A stretch of DNA of 49,149 nucleotides from an uncultured bacterium (GCA_965369705.1 CBDURF010000003.1:1-49149); one strand, 5' to 3'; numbered from the stretch's first letter, positions 1 to 9,797 are shown. A program made the numbers and translations. The notes: generated by a model not told the origin, from the sequence alone.

Positions 1-122
1 CAGATTCATGGCTTTGACATCCCGAACCATGAAACATCCATCCTAATTAAAGACGGCCACTTGGAAAATTTCCCGAAACAGGTTTCTCAACTTGTCCGAC
101 ACCACCCGGCAAAAAGGTTCCG

Positions 123-587
123 TCACCGGGAAACCTTGGTCGCCCCGTGCCGAAAAGCACGCACCTGTCCGATTTCATCCATTTCCCTTCTTTCTCTTTT
201 ATCTTGCCCCACCCGCCAGTTTTCCGCCTGCCGATCTCGGAGCCGGGAAAGGACCTCCAGATCCCTCCAGCACTCCGTCAACCGGGACCGGTAGCGGTCC
301 AGATCCTTCACTGCTGTCTGCAGCTGACTGTCCAGATCCTCCCGCAGGTGGTGCAGATGATCTAGCCAGGTGGCTCCCGCGATGAGATCTTGTGCGCGAA
401 GCGTGCGCCCATCCCCAGGGAGCATGGTTCGTGCATGCCGGGCGATGTTGTCGTCGAGTTCGATGATCTGCCTGGAAAAGAGCGCCACACGCCGGTTGGC
501 GCGAGCAACGGCGAGGGAATGTTCATCGACGACCCTTCGCCGGTGTTTCCACACTTTTTCCAACCGGAATTGGAAAGTCCCCATCAC
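123..587 (-). CDS. fliJ: Flagellar export protein FliJ
   Basis: N-terminal FQFRLEKV, C-terminal ERREMDE, coiled-coil, 154 aa, directly downstream of fliI. Confidence 0.88.
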   Translation of the reverse strand: MMGTFQFRLEKVWKHRRRVVDEHSLAVARANRRVALFSRQIIELDDNIARHARTMLPGDGRTLRAQDLIAGATWLDHLHHLREDLDSQLQTAVKDLDRYRSRLTECWRDLEVLSRLRDRQAENWRVGQDKRERREMDEIGQVRAFRHGATKVSR

Positions 588-1903
588 ACGACCCCCGTCA
601 GTTGCCGCAGGCCGGACATGGTGTCAGCCGTGGGATGACCTTCCCGCACGCCCTGCGTAAGAAACGTCTTGATTTCGGCTTCGTGTTCCAGCGCCTGGTC
701 CAGGGTTCTATCGGACCCCGCCACGTAGGCACCGATATTGATGAGGTCGCGGTTGTCCTCCAGAGCCTTCAGCCAGGCCATGAGACGGCCGCCGGCCTCG
801 ACGTCATCCGGCCCGACGACGTCGTTTCGCAGCCGGCTGACACTGCCCAGAACGTCAACCGCGGGGTAGTGATGACGCCGGGCCAGGTCACGGCTGAGCA
901 TGATGTGCCCGTCCAGGATCGACCGCATGGCGTCACCGACGGGATCCTGGATGTCGTCGCCTTCGATCAGGACCGAGAAGAACGCGGTCATGGAGTTGAT
1001 GGCCGACCAGCCCGCGCGCTCACACAAACGGGGCAGTGCGGCGAAGACGGACGGCGGGTACCCCTTGGTGGTGGGCGGTTCGCCGGCCGCCAGGCCGATT
1101 TCCCGCAACGCCATGGCATACCGGGTGACCGAATCCATCATGAACAGGACCGATTTGTCGTTTTCCCGGAACGATTCGGCAATCGTCATGGCCGTATCGG
1201 CGCCTTTGGCCCGCAGGACGGCGCTTTCGTCGGAGGTGACCACCACCACCACGCTCCGGGCCAGACCTTCGGGGCCGAGATCCCTCTCCAGGAATTCCTT
1301 CACCTCACGTCCGCGTTCCCCGATCAAGGCCAGAACATTCACCTGGGATTCGGCGTTTCGGGCAAGCATGCCCAGCAGGATGGATTTTCCCACCCCGCTG
1401 CCGGAGAAGATTCCCATCCGCTGCCCACGCACGGTGGTGATCATGCTGTCGATGGAACGGATTCCCGTGCCCAGGATTTCGGCGGATCGTTTCCGTTTCA
1501 ATGGTGGCGGAGGTGCGCCGCCAAGGGCTTGGCGAGGGATGCCGGCCAGGGAAGGACCCCCGTCCAGCGGCCTGCCGAGGCCGTCGATCACACGGCCGAG
1601 CAGAAGGGGCCCGACGGGCACCGTCATCTGCCGGGACACCAGATCCACGCGCCGACCCGTGGCCACGCCCCGAGTGTGCTGGTAGGGCATCACCAGGAGG
1701 GTGTCGTCACGGAAACCGATGACTTCGCTGAGAACGCAGGGTTCATGGCGGCCCGCATGAATGCGGCACAGGGAACCAACAGGAGCGGTCAGGCCCTCCA
1801 CCTCGATGACCATGCCGACGAGATTCCTGACACGGCCCACGGGCCTGATGGTGTCGGCTTTGCGAATGGCTTCGTCGAGATCAGTCCAGATCGGGAACAT
1901 CAT
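584..1903 (-). CDS. fliI: Flagellum-specific export ATPase FliI
   Basis: Walker A GSGVGKS, IGERGREV, MDSVTR, GEPPTTKGY, LDGHIMLSR. Start trimmed to MMFPIW (GGAG upstream). Confidence 0.97.
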   Translation of the reverse strand: MMFPIWTDLDEAIRKADTIRPVGRVRNLVGMVIEVEGLTAPVGSLCRIHAGRHEPCVLSEVIGFRDDTLLVMPYQHTRGVATGRRVDLVSRQMTVPVGPLLLGRVIDGLGRPLDGGPSLAGIPRQALGGAPPPPLKRKRSAEILGTGIRSIDSMITTVRGQRMGIFSGSGVGKSILLGMLARNAESQVNVLALIGERGREVKEFLERDLGPEGLARSVVVVVTSDESAVLRAKGADTAMTIAESFRENDKSVLFMMDSVTRYAMALREIGLAAGEPPTTKGYPPSVFAALPRLCERAGWSAINSMTAFFSVLIEGDDIQDPVGDAMRSILDGHIMLSRDLARRHHYPAVDVLGSVSRLRNDVVGPDDVEAGGRLMAWLKALEDNRDLINIGAYVAGSDRTLDQALEHEAEIKTFLTQGVREGHPTADTMSGLRQLTGVV

Positions 1904-2654
1904 TGTCTCCAGGGCTTGCGGGCACCAGGGTGCCCGCGCCGGCCAGGGTCTCCTCGACGATTTCCGCCAAAGCGTCAACCTGGCGAGATAGAGTCGCGTC
2001 CCACTCCCGTTTCCCCGCGCGGATCCTACAGCCGCCCTTCTCCACGCGCCGGTCGTGAACCACCGTTCCAATGCGGAGCCGGGTCATCAAATCGGGATTG
2101 TTTTCCAAGAGATTCGCATCCTCGGGATGGAGAATCACCGTCAGCGGATTTGCGTCCCGGACCTTGAACAGGGCGATTTCCAGGGTGCGGGTCAGGAAAT
2201 CCGGGTCCACTTCCACTGTGTCCCGGATGATCTTGCGAGCCAGGGCGAGCGCCAGCCCAGCGGCCTCCACGGCAATCTCCTGCTTTTCCAGGGCCAGCCC
2301 CGCGGAAAATTCCCGGCTCCAGTTGTCAAGCTTGGCGGCGGACTCTGCCCGCACCGTCGCCAGTTCCGTTTGATGTCCCCGGCGGAGTTCACCTTCCCGG
2401 GTTTCAAATTCAGCCAGCAGCATACCGCGGGCATTTTCCAGCAATTCGTCCTTTTCCGTCTGGTTCATGAGGTCCCAGAGTGAAGTGCAGCCGGTCAGGC
2501 CGAGGTCCTTTTCGAACTTGGGATTATCTACGGCAGGAACCTCACCCAGCGTCGCAAGGGAGGCGGTGACCGACTCGAAAGAAAGGAGGGAATTCCCGGC
2601 TGGCCGGGTTGGTTCCTGGTTGCTGTCAAAGGGTTCAGGGCACCATTTCCGCAT
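1881..2654 (-). CDS. fliH: Flagellar assembly protein FliH
   Basis: C-terminal LALARKII..LHPEDA..GGCRI..DAT, N-terminal WxP, lies between fliG and fliI. Confidence 0.85.
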   Translation of the reverse strand: MRKWCPEPFDSNQEPTRPAGNSLLSFESVTASLATLGEVPAVDNPKFEKDLGLTGCTSLWDLMNQTEKDELLENARGMLLAEFETREGELRRGHQTELATVRAESAAKLDNWSREFSAGLALEKQEIAVEAAGLALALARKIIRDTVEVDPDFLTRTLEIALFKVRDANPLTVILHPEDANLLENNPDLMTRLRIGTVVHDRRVEKGGCRIRAGKREWDATLSRQVDALAEIVEETLAGAGTLVPASPGDNDVPDLD

Positions 2655-3636
2655 CCTTGCTGCCCTTTCCGATGTTGATGGTGCTGTTCTCCTCCAGATT
2701 TCGAATCACTTCCACAATCCGTTTCTGAGCTTCCTCCACTTCGGCCAAACGCACGGGTCCCATGTAGTCCATGTCCTCCATGATGCCCTGGGCAGCCCGT
2801 TTGGACATGTTCCCGAACACCTTGTCGCGGATCTCGCTCGTGGCGCCCTTGAGGGCCAGGGTCAGTTCCTAGCCGTCGATTTCCTTGAGGATCTCCTGGA
2901 TGTGGCCGTCGTTGAGCAGAACGATGTCCTCGAACACGAACATGAGGTTGTTCACCTCGTTTGCGACTTCGTCGTCGATTTCCCTCATTTCGTCGAGGAT
3001 CTCCTGCCAGACGTCGCGGTCCACCTCGTTGAGGATGTCCGCCACCTGTTTGCGTCCCCCGTATTTGGCCTCCTTGGCCGACAGTTCACCCTGGAGCTGC
3101 CCAGCCAAAACTTGTTCGACAGCCTTGAGTGTCTCGACGTTGGGCGCCTCCAGGATTGCCATGCGGTGGGCGATGTCCCCCTGCATGTCGGCCGGCATCA
3201 GGGCCAGAATCGGACCACTGGCCCGGGGATCCATGTGGGCCAGGACCACGGCGGCGGTCTGGGGATGTTCGTTGCGCAGATAGTTGGCGATGGTGACCGG
3301 ATCAACGTCCTTCAAATGCTCGAAACTCTTGATTTCGCTGTAACTGGTGACGCGGCTGAGCATCGAGGTCGCCCGGCGGGCGCCGAAACCCGCTTCCAGG
3401 ATCTGCTTGGCCATTTCCTCGCCTCCGATGGCGATGCCGGAGATCTGGCCGCTGCTGGCGATGAAATCGTTAAGGGTCTTCTTCTTCTCGTTGAATCCCA
3501 CCGGGCCCATGCCGGCGATGGAATGGGTCAGTTCCTCCACCATATTCTCGGGAAGTTGGGACAGGACCTTGCCGCCCACCTCGGGCCCGAGGGTCATCAG
3601 GAAGACAGCGGCTTTCCGTACTGCGTTATCGGTCAC
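2635..3636 (-). pseudogene. fliG: Flagellar motor switch protein FliG, interrupted by one in-frame TAG at 2869-2871
   Basis: KAAVFL, EHPQTAAVVL, MFVFED; after the TAG the same frame continues ELTLALKGA..NMSKRAA..GPVRLAEVEEAQ; total 333 codons. Confidence 0.9.
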
Positions 3637-5158
3637 TGGAGTCCCCCACCGTTTCCTTCGGCGCGTTGCCGAGGTTCATTTCATGGATCCAGGATTGCAC
3701 CACGTCGGCCACCCGGTCCGGATTTTCCGACGCGTAGTCCTTGATGTCGTTGATGACCTGGTCGTCCATGTCGGGAATTCCTTCGAAGTGTTCGGTGTCC
3801 TTGCGGTCCACGGCGGATGGGATTCGGGAGCGGGTCTGCGGGATATCCATGTCCAACAATCCCGTCAACCCCTTGCGCAGGCCCAGCAAGACAATCCCGA
3901 ACATCAAGAACAGGAAGGCCTTCCCCCCGTATTGGGTGACCAGCCGCATCCAATTCGGAGCGAAGAGGACGGGCTCGGATGTCTCTGGCCGCGGGAACTG
4001 CATGTTGACGATTTCAATCTGGTCCCCTCTCGCGGTATCGAGACCCACCGCGGTCTGAACGATGCGCTGCAGCTGGGTCACCTCTTCCTCGGTCAGCGGG
4101 AGGTAGAGTGGGGCGGCGCCGTCCTGGGCCGCTTCATAGTGTCCATCCACGAACACGGCCACCGAAAGGCGCTTGACCCCGCCCGTTTGCCCCACGATGT
4201 GCTCCACCGTCCGGTTGATCTCGTAGTTGGTGGTGCTGTTCTCGTCGGTGCCGCCGGTCTGGGGATCCGTGGTTTCGTTCCTGACCTCGCTGCGCACCAC
4301 GGTGTTCTGGGGATCGTAGAGTTCCCGTTCCCGGTCGATCTTTTCGAAATTCAAAGTGGCGTCCACCTGGATGATGGATCGGCCGGGGCCCAGAACGCGA
4401 TCGAGCATGACTCCGGCTTTTTGGGCGAGATAACTCTCCACCTCTTTCCGCAGCGCCAGCTGGTCCTCGGTCCGACCCGTGTCGCCGTCCTTGATTTCCT
4501 GCGACAGGACCGTGCCGAACTGATCGATGACGGTGACCTGCTCCGCAGTCAGATTCTCCACGCTGCCGGCCACCAGGCTCTGGATGCCCGCGATCCGGTG
4601 CCCCTCCAGCCGCGCGCCCCGTCCGAGCTGAAGTACGACGCTGGCCGTGGCGGGAGCGTCCAGTTTTTTGAAGATCGAGGGTTTGGGCAGCACGAGATGG
4701 ACTCTCGCTGACTGGATTCCTTGCAGTGACTCAATGGTTTTGGTCAGTTCGCCTTCAAGGGCCCGCTTGAAGTTGACGTTTTGCAGGAATTCCGTGAGAC
4801 CGTACTGCTGGCCGTCGAAGATCTCGAAGCCCACCGTCCCGCTGGAGGGGACTCCCTTGCCCGCCAGATCCACGCGCAGGCGGTGGACGGTCTTGCTGGG
4901 CACCAGGATGGTCGTACCCCCGTTGGTCAACTCGGCGTTGACATCCTGCTTGGCCAACTCTTCAAGGGCCACGGCTGCGTCTGTGGGGCTGAGATTCGTG
5001 AACAAAACGGCTGTTTCTTCCTTCTGCAGCCACAGGGAGAATACTGCGATGCTGATCACGCTGGCGGTGGCCACCGCCCCGAGCAGGACCTTCTGGTTGA
5101 AGGACAGTCCCCCGAAGCGGGCCTTGATGTTGTCCGTCACGTTCATGATTCCGTCCAC
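3626..5158 (-). CDS. fliF: Flagellar MS-ring protein FliF
   Basis: GFEIFD, RALEGEL, ARVHLVLP, ASVVL, GLDTARGD; two TM segments. Confidence 0.97.
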   Translation of the reverse strand: MDGIMNVTDNIKARFGGLSFNQKVLLGAVATASVISIAVFSLWLQKEETAVLFTNLSPTDAAVALEELAKQDVNAELTNGGTTILVPSKTVHRLRVDLAGKGVPSSGTVGFEIFDGQQYGLTEFLQNVNFKRALEGELTKTIESLQGIQSARVHLVLPKPSIFKKLDAPATASVVLQLGRGARLEGHRIAGIQSLVAGSVENLTAEQVTVIDQFGTVLSQEIKDGDTGRTEDQLALRKEVESYLAQKAGVMLDRVLGPGRSIIQVDATLNFEKIDRERELYDPQNTVVRSEVRNETTDPQTGGTDENSTTNYEINRTVEHIVGQTGGVKRLSVAVFVDGHYEAAQDGAAPLYLPLTEEEVTQLQRIVQTAVGLDTARGDQIEIVNMQFPRPETSEPVLFAPNWMRLVTQYGGKAFLFLMFGIVLLGLRKGLTGLLDMDIPQTRSRIPSAVDRKDTEHFEGIPDMDDQVINDIKDYASENPDRVADVVQSWIHEMNLGNAPKETVGDSSDR

Positions 5159-5191
5159 TGCACTACCTCAAATCCCGGGTTCAGAAGGCAT

Positions 5192-5494
5192 TTAAACCTG
5201 CATGCGCATGATTTCCTGGTAGGACTCCAGCAATTTGTTCCTGATCTCCAGTAGCAACTCGAAGGCCAGCTGGGATTCCTTGGCCGCGATCATGACGTCA
5301 TGGACCTCGGTCACCTCCCCGGTGACCATCTGCTCCACCAGGTCTTCCCGCCGGATCTGGAGGTCGTTGACCTCCGCCACCGCGTTTTTCAGCTGCTCGG
5401 CGAAGGGGGTGCGGGGAGCCTGCGTGTTCCCCACGTGCCCGTAGGCCGCGCGTGGATCGATGGATCCCAGGGATTTGATGCTGCCGATGGCCAT
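5192..5494 (-). CDS. fliE: Hook-basal body protein FliE
   Basis: VHDVMIA..RNKLLESYQEIMRMQV. Confidence 0.97.
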   Translation of the reverse strand: MAIGSIKSLGSIDPRAAYGHVGNTQAPRTPFAEQLKNAVAEVNDLQIRREDLVEQMVTGEVTEVHDVMIAAKESQLAFELLLEIRNKLLESYQEIMRMQV

Positions 5495-5539
5495 GTCATT
5501 TCCTCGCTTCGGTCAAGAGGCCGGACCGTCCGGCCCTGC

Positions 5540-6043
5540 TCAGATCTTGAGAGCGTCGTTGAACATGTCCTTGGCCGTCTGGACCGCGCTCACGTTGGCT
5601 TCGTAGGCCCTGCTGGCCGTGATCATGTCAACCATTTCGGTGATCGGATTGACGTTGGGCATCAGGACATAGCCCTGTTCGTCGGCGTCCGGGTGACCGG
5701 GTTCATAGACCACCCTGAATTCGGAGGAATCCAGGGCCACCGCCACCTCGCTGGTGAGCCCGCCGCCGGCCAGGACCGTGGTCCGGGCCGTCTCGCCCAG
5801 GTGGGCCGGATGAGTGCGGGCCAGGCGATTATCCACCGCATACCCCATGTTCACGTCGTGCCTTTTCAGCTTATCGCCAAGAACCTGTGCGAAAATGGCC
5901 CGTTGCCGGCGGTACGGGGTGCCGTCGGCCGTGCGGGTGGTTTCGGCGTTCGCCAGGTTCCGGGCCACCACGTCCATCTTGGTGCGTTGGCCCCGCAGGC
6001 CGGAGGCGCTGATCTTGATGGCGCTGAATAATCCGTCACTCAT
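5540..6043 (-). CDS. flgC: Basal-body rod protein FlgC
   Basis: SASGL..NLANAETT, YEPGHPDAD, PNVN..EM..ASRAYEAN. Confidence 0.97.
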   Translation of the reverse strand: MSDGLFSAIKISASGLRGQRTKMDVVARNLANAETTRTADGTPYRRQRAIFAQVLGDKLKRHDVNMGYAVDNRLARTHPAHLGETARTTVLAGGGLTSEVAVALDSSEFRVVYEPGHPDADEQGYVLMPNVNPITEMVDMITASRAYEANVSAVQTAKDMFNDALKI

Positions 6044-6058
6044 GTTTCGTCTCCCTGT

Positions 6059-6469
6059 TTACCGGATCTGACCCTTGATCGCGCCCCGCAGCACGTTGTA
6101 GCGCATGCTCAGAAGCCTGGTGGCCATGCGGTAGCTGAGATCGTTGGTCGCCAGGTTCGTCATCTCAAGATCGATGTCGACGTTGTTCACCCCGTTGTCG
6201 AAATCCCCGGCAGCTTCCACAATTTCATCCCGGGCCGCCCCGATATCCTGGGCGCCGATGGGCAGGTGATTTCGGTGAGTCCGGTACCCCCGGAGCCTCA
6301 TCTGCTCGAGGGTCAGCATCTCCTCGAATTTCAGACGCTGGGCCTGGTAACCCGGAGTTTCCACGTTGCTGATGTTCTGAGCGGTGACCTGATGTCGGCG
6401 TCCGTAGACGTCGACCGCCTTTTTAAGGACCGCCAAATGCTCCTGGTCGAACAATCCCGTCTTGATCAT
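6059..6469 (-). CDS. flgB: Basal-body rod protein FlgB
   Basis: NISNVETPGY, NNVDIDLEM. Confidence 0.95.
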   Translation of the reverse strand: MIKTGLFDQEHLAVLKKAVDVYGRRHQVTAQNISNVETPGYQAQRLKFEEMLTLEQMRLRGYRTHRNHLPIGAQDIGAARDEIVEAAGDFDNGVNNVDIDLEMTNLATNDLSYRMATRLLSMRYNVLRGAIKGQIR

Positions 6470-6473
6470 CGGT

Positions 6474-7847
6474 TCATCCCGGAATCTCCATGCCCATGTC
6501 GGAATAGAGATTCAATTTGTTACGCAGTGTGCGAACGCTGATACCCAGCTCATTGGCAGCCCGAGTCCGGTTGCCGCGTGTGTTGGCCAGTTTCCGGAGT
6601 ATCAATTCCCGTTCCATGTCCTTGAGGGTCATGTCGGACGAGGAGCCCAGGTAGGTATCGGTGGAATCCATCTCGTCGGACAGCCCGAGGACCTCCTCAT
6701 CCAGACGCCCGGAATTCGAGAGAATGACCGCCCTCTCGATGACGTTCTGAAGTTGCCGCACGTTCCCGGGCCAATCCATTCCCATCAGGCGGCGCATGGC
6801 GTCTTCGGTCAGCTCCATGAGTGGTTTGTTGTTCTCCGCGCAGAAATTCTGACAGAAATGCCGGGCAAGAAGGGGAATGTCGTCCTTGTGTTCCCTGAGT
6901 GGCACGATGTGCAAGGGGATGACATTCAGGCGGAAATACAGATCCTCGCGGAAATTGCGGGCCTTGATCTCTTGTCGGAGGTTGCAGTTGGTGGTTGCGA
7001 TGATGCGGACATCCGACCGGGTGGCGTACCGGGCCCCCAGCCGCATGAATTCCCGTTCCTGCAGGACCCGCAAAAGTTTGGCCTGCATGGCGAAGGGCAT
7101 TTCACTGATCTCGTCCAGGAGCAGGGTGCCGCCGTCGGCCAGTTCGAATTTTCCTTTCCGCGACTGCACCGCCCCGGTGAAGGCCCCCCTCTCGTACCCG
7201 AAGAGTTCCGCTTCAAGGAGTGATTCGGGGATGGCCGCGCAATTGATGCGGATGAACGGGCCGTCCTTGCGCCCCCCGGATTCGTGAATGGCCCGGGCCA
7301 CGATTTCCTTGCCGGTGCCGCTTTCGCCCTGCAGCAGGACCGTGCCCCGCGAATCGGCGATCATGTCGATTTTTTCCCGGAGTTGGGCCATGGCCGGATG
7401 ATTTCCCAGCAGGCCGTGTTTTTCGGCCCGGTCCACCAGGTTGGCGCGCAGGTTCGTGTTTTCCCGGTGAAGCTGCCGTATCGTGAAAGTCCGCTCCAGC
7501 ACGTGGTCCAGCTGGTCGAGTCCGAAGGGTTTGCAGATGTAATCCTCGGCTCCGTTTCTGGTGGCCTTGACGGCCTGCTCGACGGTGCCGAAGGCCGTCA
7601 TCAGGACCACGGAGGGATGGTAGTCGAGACGATCCCGGATGTCGCGGAGCAGCTCCATGCCTCCGCCGCCCGGCATCTGGACATCGGACAGGACGAGGTC
7701 GAACCTCTCCTGCCGCAACAGGGCCAGGGCTTCGGTCCCATTGGCGGCCGTGTGCACGTTATAACGGTCCGCCAGCGAGGATTTCAGGAAATCCCGCATG
7801 GTGCGTTCGTCATCCACCACCAGTATGGTCGGCTTCCTAGTCATCAT
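6474..7847 (-). CDS. Sigma54-dependent response regulator (REC-AAA+-Fis HTH), FlgR/FlrC-like
   Basis: DVQMPG receiver, GESGTGKE, GAFTGA, WPGNVRQL, HTH LGISVRTLRNKL; immediately upstream of flgB. Confidence 0.95.
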   Translation of the reverse strand: MMTRKPTILVVDDERTMRDFLKSSLADRYNVHTAANGTEALALLRQERFDLVLSDVQMPGGGGMELLRDIRDRLDYHPSVVLMTAFGTVEQAVKATRNGAEDYICKPFGLDQLDHVLERTFTIRQLHRENTNLRANLVDRAEKHGLLGNHPAMAQLREKIDMIADSRGTVLLQGESGTGKEIVARAIHESGGRKDGPFIRINCAAIPESLLEAELFGYERGAFTGAVQSRKGKFELADGGTLLLDEISEMPFAMQAKLLRVLQEREFMRLGARYATRSDVRIIATTNCNLRQEIKARNFREDLYFRLNVIPLHIVPLREHKDDIPLLARHFCQNFCAENNKPLMELTEDAMRRLMGMDWPGNVRQLQNVIERAVILSNSGRLDEEVLGLSDEMDSTDTYLGSSSDMTLKDMERELILRKLANTRGNRTRAANELGISVRTLRNKLNLYSDMGMEIPG

Positions 7848-7897
7848 GTCCCTTTCCTCCGGGGCAGGTTCATCGGCCGGCCCGGCATGCTCCGCTC

Positions 7898-8614
7898 TCA
7901 GACGACCTCCGCCACTTCCAGATGCACCCGCGTGCCCCGGCCTTCTTCACTTTCCAGGCTCCAGGTCAGCCCGTACATGGTCATCAAAGTGTCCACCCTG
8001 GTCAGACCCACGCCATGGTGGTCGTCCTTGGTGGTGATGAACGGGTTGGGCGCCAGGGCAGCCAGTTTCGGCTCCATGCCGCATCCGTTGTCCCGGATAT
8101 CCAGGAAGATGCGGCCGCCGGGATGCGTCATTCCGGAAATCTCCACCCTCACGTCCTGCGAGACCGGGTCGGCGCTTTCGGCGCAATTTTTCAGGATCTC
8201 CTTCAACATGAGCGCGAGATCAGCCGCCGGTAGTCTGATTTCCCCGCTGGGAATGGTGCCCAGGCCCAGGTCGAGTCCTATCTGGTCGGCCGCGACAGCG
8301 GAGGCCGTTTCAGCAACGAACCGGGGCAGGTCCACGCCTGTGTCCGGATTCCTTCGCCCACGAGTCAGATCACCCACCGACCGGAAGATGTCCTCCATCC
8401 GTTCGACCTCGCGAATGATCTTGCGGGCCCACAGGCCGGCTTGGCCGCCCGCGCCCTCCCGGTCCGCGATGAGACTGGCGTACCCCTTGATTCCGCAAAG
8501 GGTGTTGCTGGTCTTGTGTAGATAACCGACCAGAAGACGCTGATCCGGGCGATGGTCGGGATCAATCATCCGGTCCGGCTGTGCGGGATGTTCCTGCCTC
8601 GAAATCACCGACAT
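7898..8614 (-). CDS. Sensor-less histidine kinase with atypical H-box
   Basis: H-box-like YLHKTSNTL, N-box EILKNC, G1 DNGCGM, F NPFITTK, G2 GVGL. Start ATG at 8614 overlaps the upstream TGA (TGATG). Confidence 0.8.
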   Translation of the reverse strand: MSVISRQEHPAQPDRMIDPDHRPDQRLLVGYLHKTSNTLCGIKGYASLIADREGAGGQAGLWARKIIREVERMEDIFRSVGDLTRGRRNPDTGVDLPRFVAETASAVAADQIGLDLGLGTIPSGEIRLPAADLALMLKEILKNCAESADPVSQDVRVEISGMTHPGGRIFLDIRDNGCGMEPKLAALAPNPFITTKDDHHGVGLTRVDTLMTMYGLTWSLESEEGRGTRVHLEVAEVV

Positions 8615-9009
8615 CACACCACCCTTGTCTGTTCGATGAGGATGAGGTCGTTCTTCTCTTCGCAGATGAGGATTTCCTCGATCAGTTTCGTGACTTCCTG
8701 GACGGCTTCGTGCAACCTCCGCCGCCCATCGGTGGACCACTGCTGGCGGCCTCTTTCCCATTCCACCTTGGCGCGGTGTTCGGTCAGTTCCAGCCGGCCG
8801 ATCAGGTCCAGACATCGCTTCTTCTGTTCCAGGATCCTGCGCACGCTGGCCAGGGACCCTCCCCCGCCCACGGTCTTGCCCTGCTCCCTGGACAGTTCAA
8901 GGACCTGGGTATAGAGGTGCCGTTCTTCTTCATACAGACCCAGCAGTCGATCCAGCAGGTCGCCTTCGCTACGTCGGGACTCAGGGATTATTGGAGGCAA
9001 CTGCCTCAT
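8614..9009 (-). CDS. Helical FlgN/FliT-like chaperone-fold protein
   Basis: 131 aa, all-helical heptad pattern resembling FlgN (LLGLYEEE..LEQKKRCLDLI); strong RBS GGGAGG. Confidence 0.55.
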   Translation of the reverse strand: MRQLPPIIPESRRSEGDLLDRLLGLYEEERHLYTQVLELSREQGKTVGGGGSLASVRRILEQKKRCLDLIGRLELTEHRAKVEWERGRQQWSTDGRRRLHEAVQEVTKLIEEILICEEKNDLILIEQTRVV

Positions 9010-9748
9010 CGGATTCCCCCTCCCTTCCCAACCCGCTCAACCGTCCGGCCATTTCGGCCATCGCACAGGCGTGTTTTCGCCACGTGCCCGGTTTGTCGGC
9101 CTCGCAGACCACGCGGTACCTCAAGCTGGCTTGTTCGAAATCCCGGGCCAGGAAATCCATCCCCGCCAACTGGTATTGTCCCCAGAGATTCAACTGTTCC
9201 ACCGGTGAAGAGGCCAATCGCGCGTAGCAGTCGGCCGCCAGTTCCCGATCTCCAAGCAGAAAGAGAAGATCCGACGCTCCGGTCAGTACCCAGGCCTGCT
9301 GGCCATTTTCGAGATTTTTCCAACCTTCCTGAACCATCAGGAGATCTTGGAGATTTGACAGGCACGCCTGGTTCTGGAGGAGTCGGCCCTGTGCATAAGC
9401 GAGCCAGAACCGCATCTGGACAGGCATTTCCCCCTGGCGGCGTTCCACCTGATTGGCCAAGGATTCCAAATCCTCCAGGTTCCCGTTCAGGACAAGCCGG
9501 CGCAAGGAGAGGACGATTTTCATTTCCTGACCGCTCAGGTCAGCGCCCCGGGGGGCGTCGAAGGGGAATTCCCAGGAGGAGTCAGGCCCGGTGGTTTCTT
9601 CCAGGGCCGCCGCCCAATTGGCGAAACCTGCCGTCAGGGATCCGGAACCCTCCTCGGGTTCATCCGAGACCTGGCTCGCCTGAAGTCCAGCCGAAAAGCA
9701 GCCCAGAATGGCCAAGAGCATCAGCGATTGTCCAAATTTTAGCTGCAT
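8981..9748 (-). CDS. Exported TPR-like protein, possible lipoprotein
   Basis: Signal peptide with ILGC, TPR-like helices (FWLAYAQGRL, YQLAGMDF..A..Y); first gene after a sigma54 promoter. Confidence 0.6.
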   Translation of the reverse strand: MQLKFGQSLMLLAILGCFSAGLQASQVSDEPEEGSGSLTAGFANWAAALEETTGPDSSWEFPFDAPRGADLSGQEMKIVLSLRRLVLNGNLEDLESLANQVERRQGEMPVQMRFWLAYAQGRLLQNQACLSNLQDLLMVQEGWKNLENGQQAWVLTGASDLLFLLGDRELAADCYARLASSPVEQLNLWGQYQLAGMDFLARDFEQASLRYRVVCEADKPGTWRKHACAMAEMAGRLSGLGREGESDEAVASNNP

Positions 9749-9797
9749 GGCGGAATAATCCTGGTTTAGGAACGAATGACCACTTCGGCTTCAAGGG

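Noticed and set aside
1-30. Possible start of a minus-strand CDS (MVRDVKAMNL) with AGGA upstream
   Set aside because: Only 10 codons visible; may instead be promoter region for a gene outside the window
2869-2871. Genome-wide TAG reassignment or pyrrolysine use
   Set aside because: TAG terminates fliD, flgH, sppA and the barrel gene at expected ends; no pyl genes in the window
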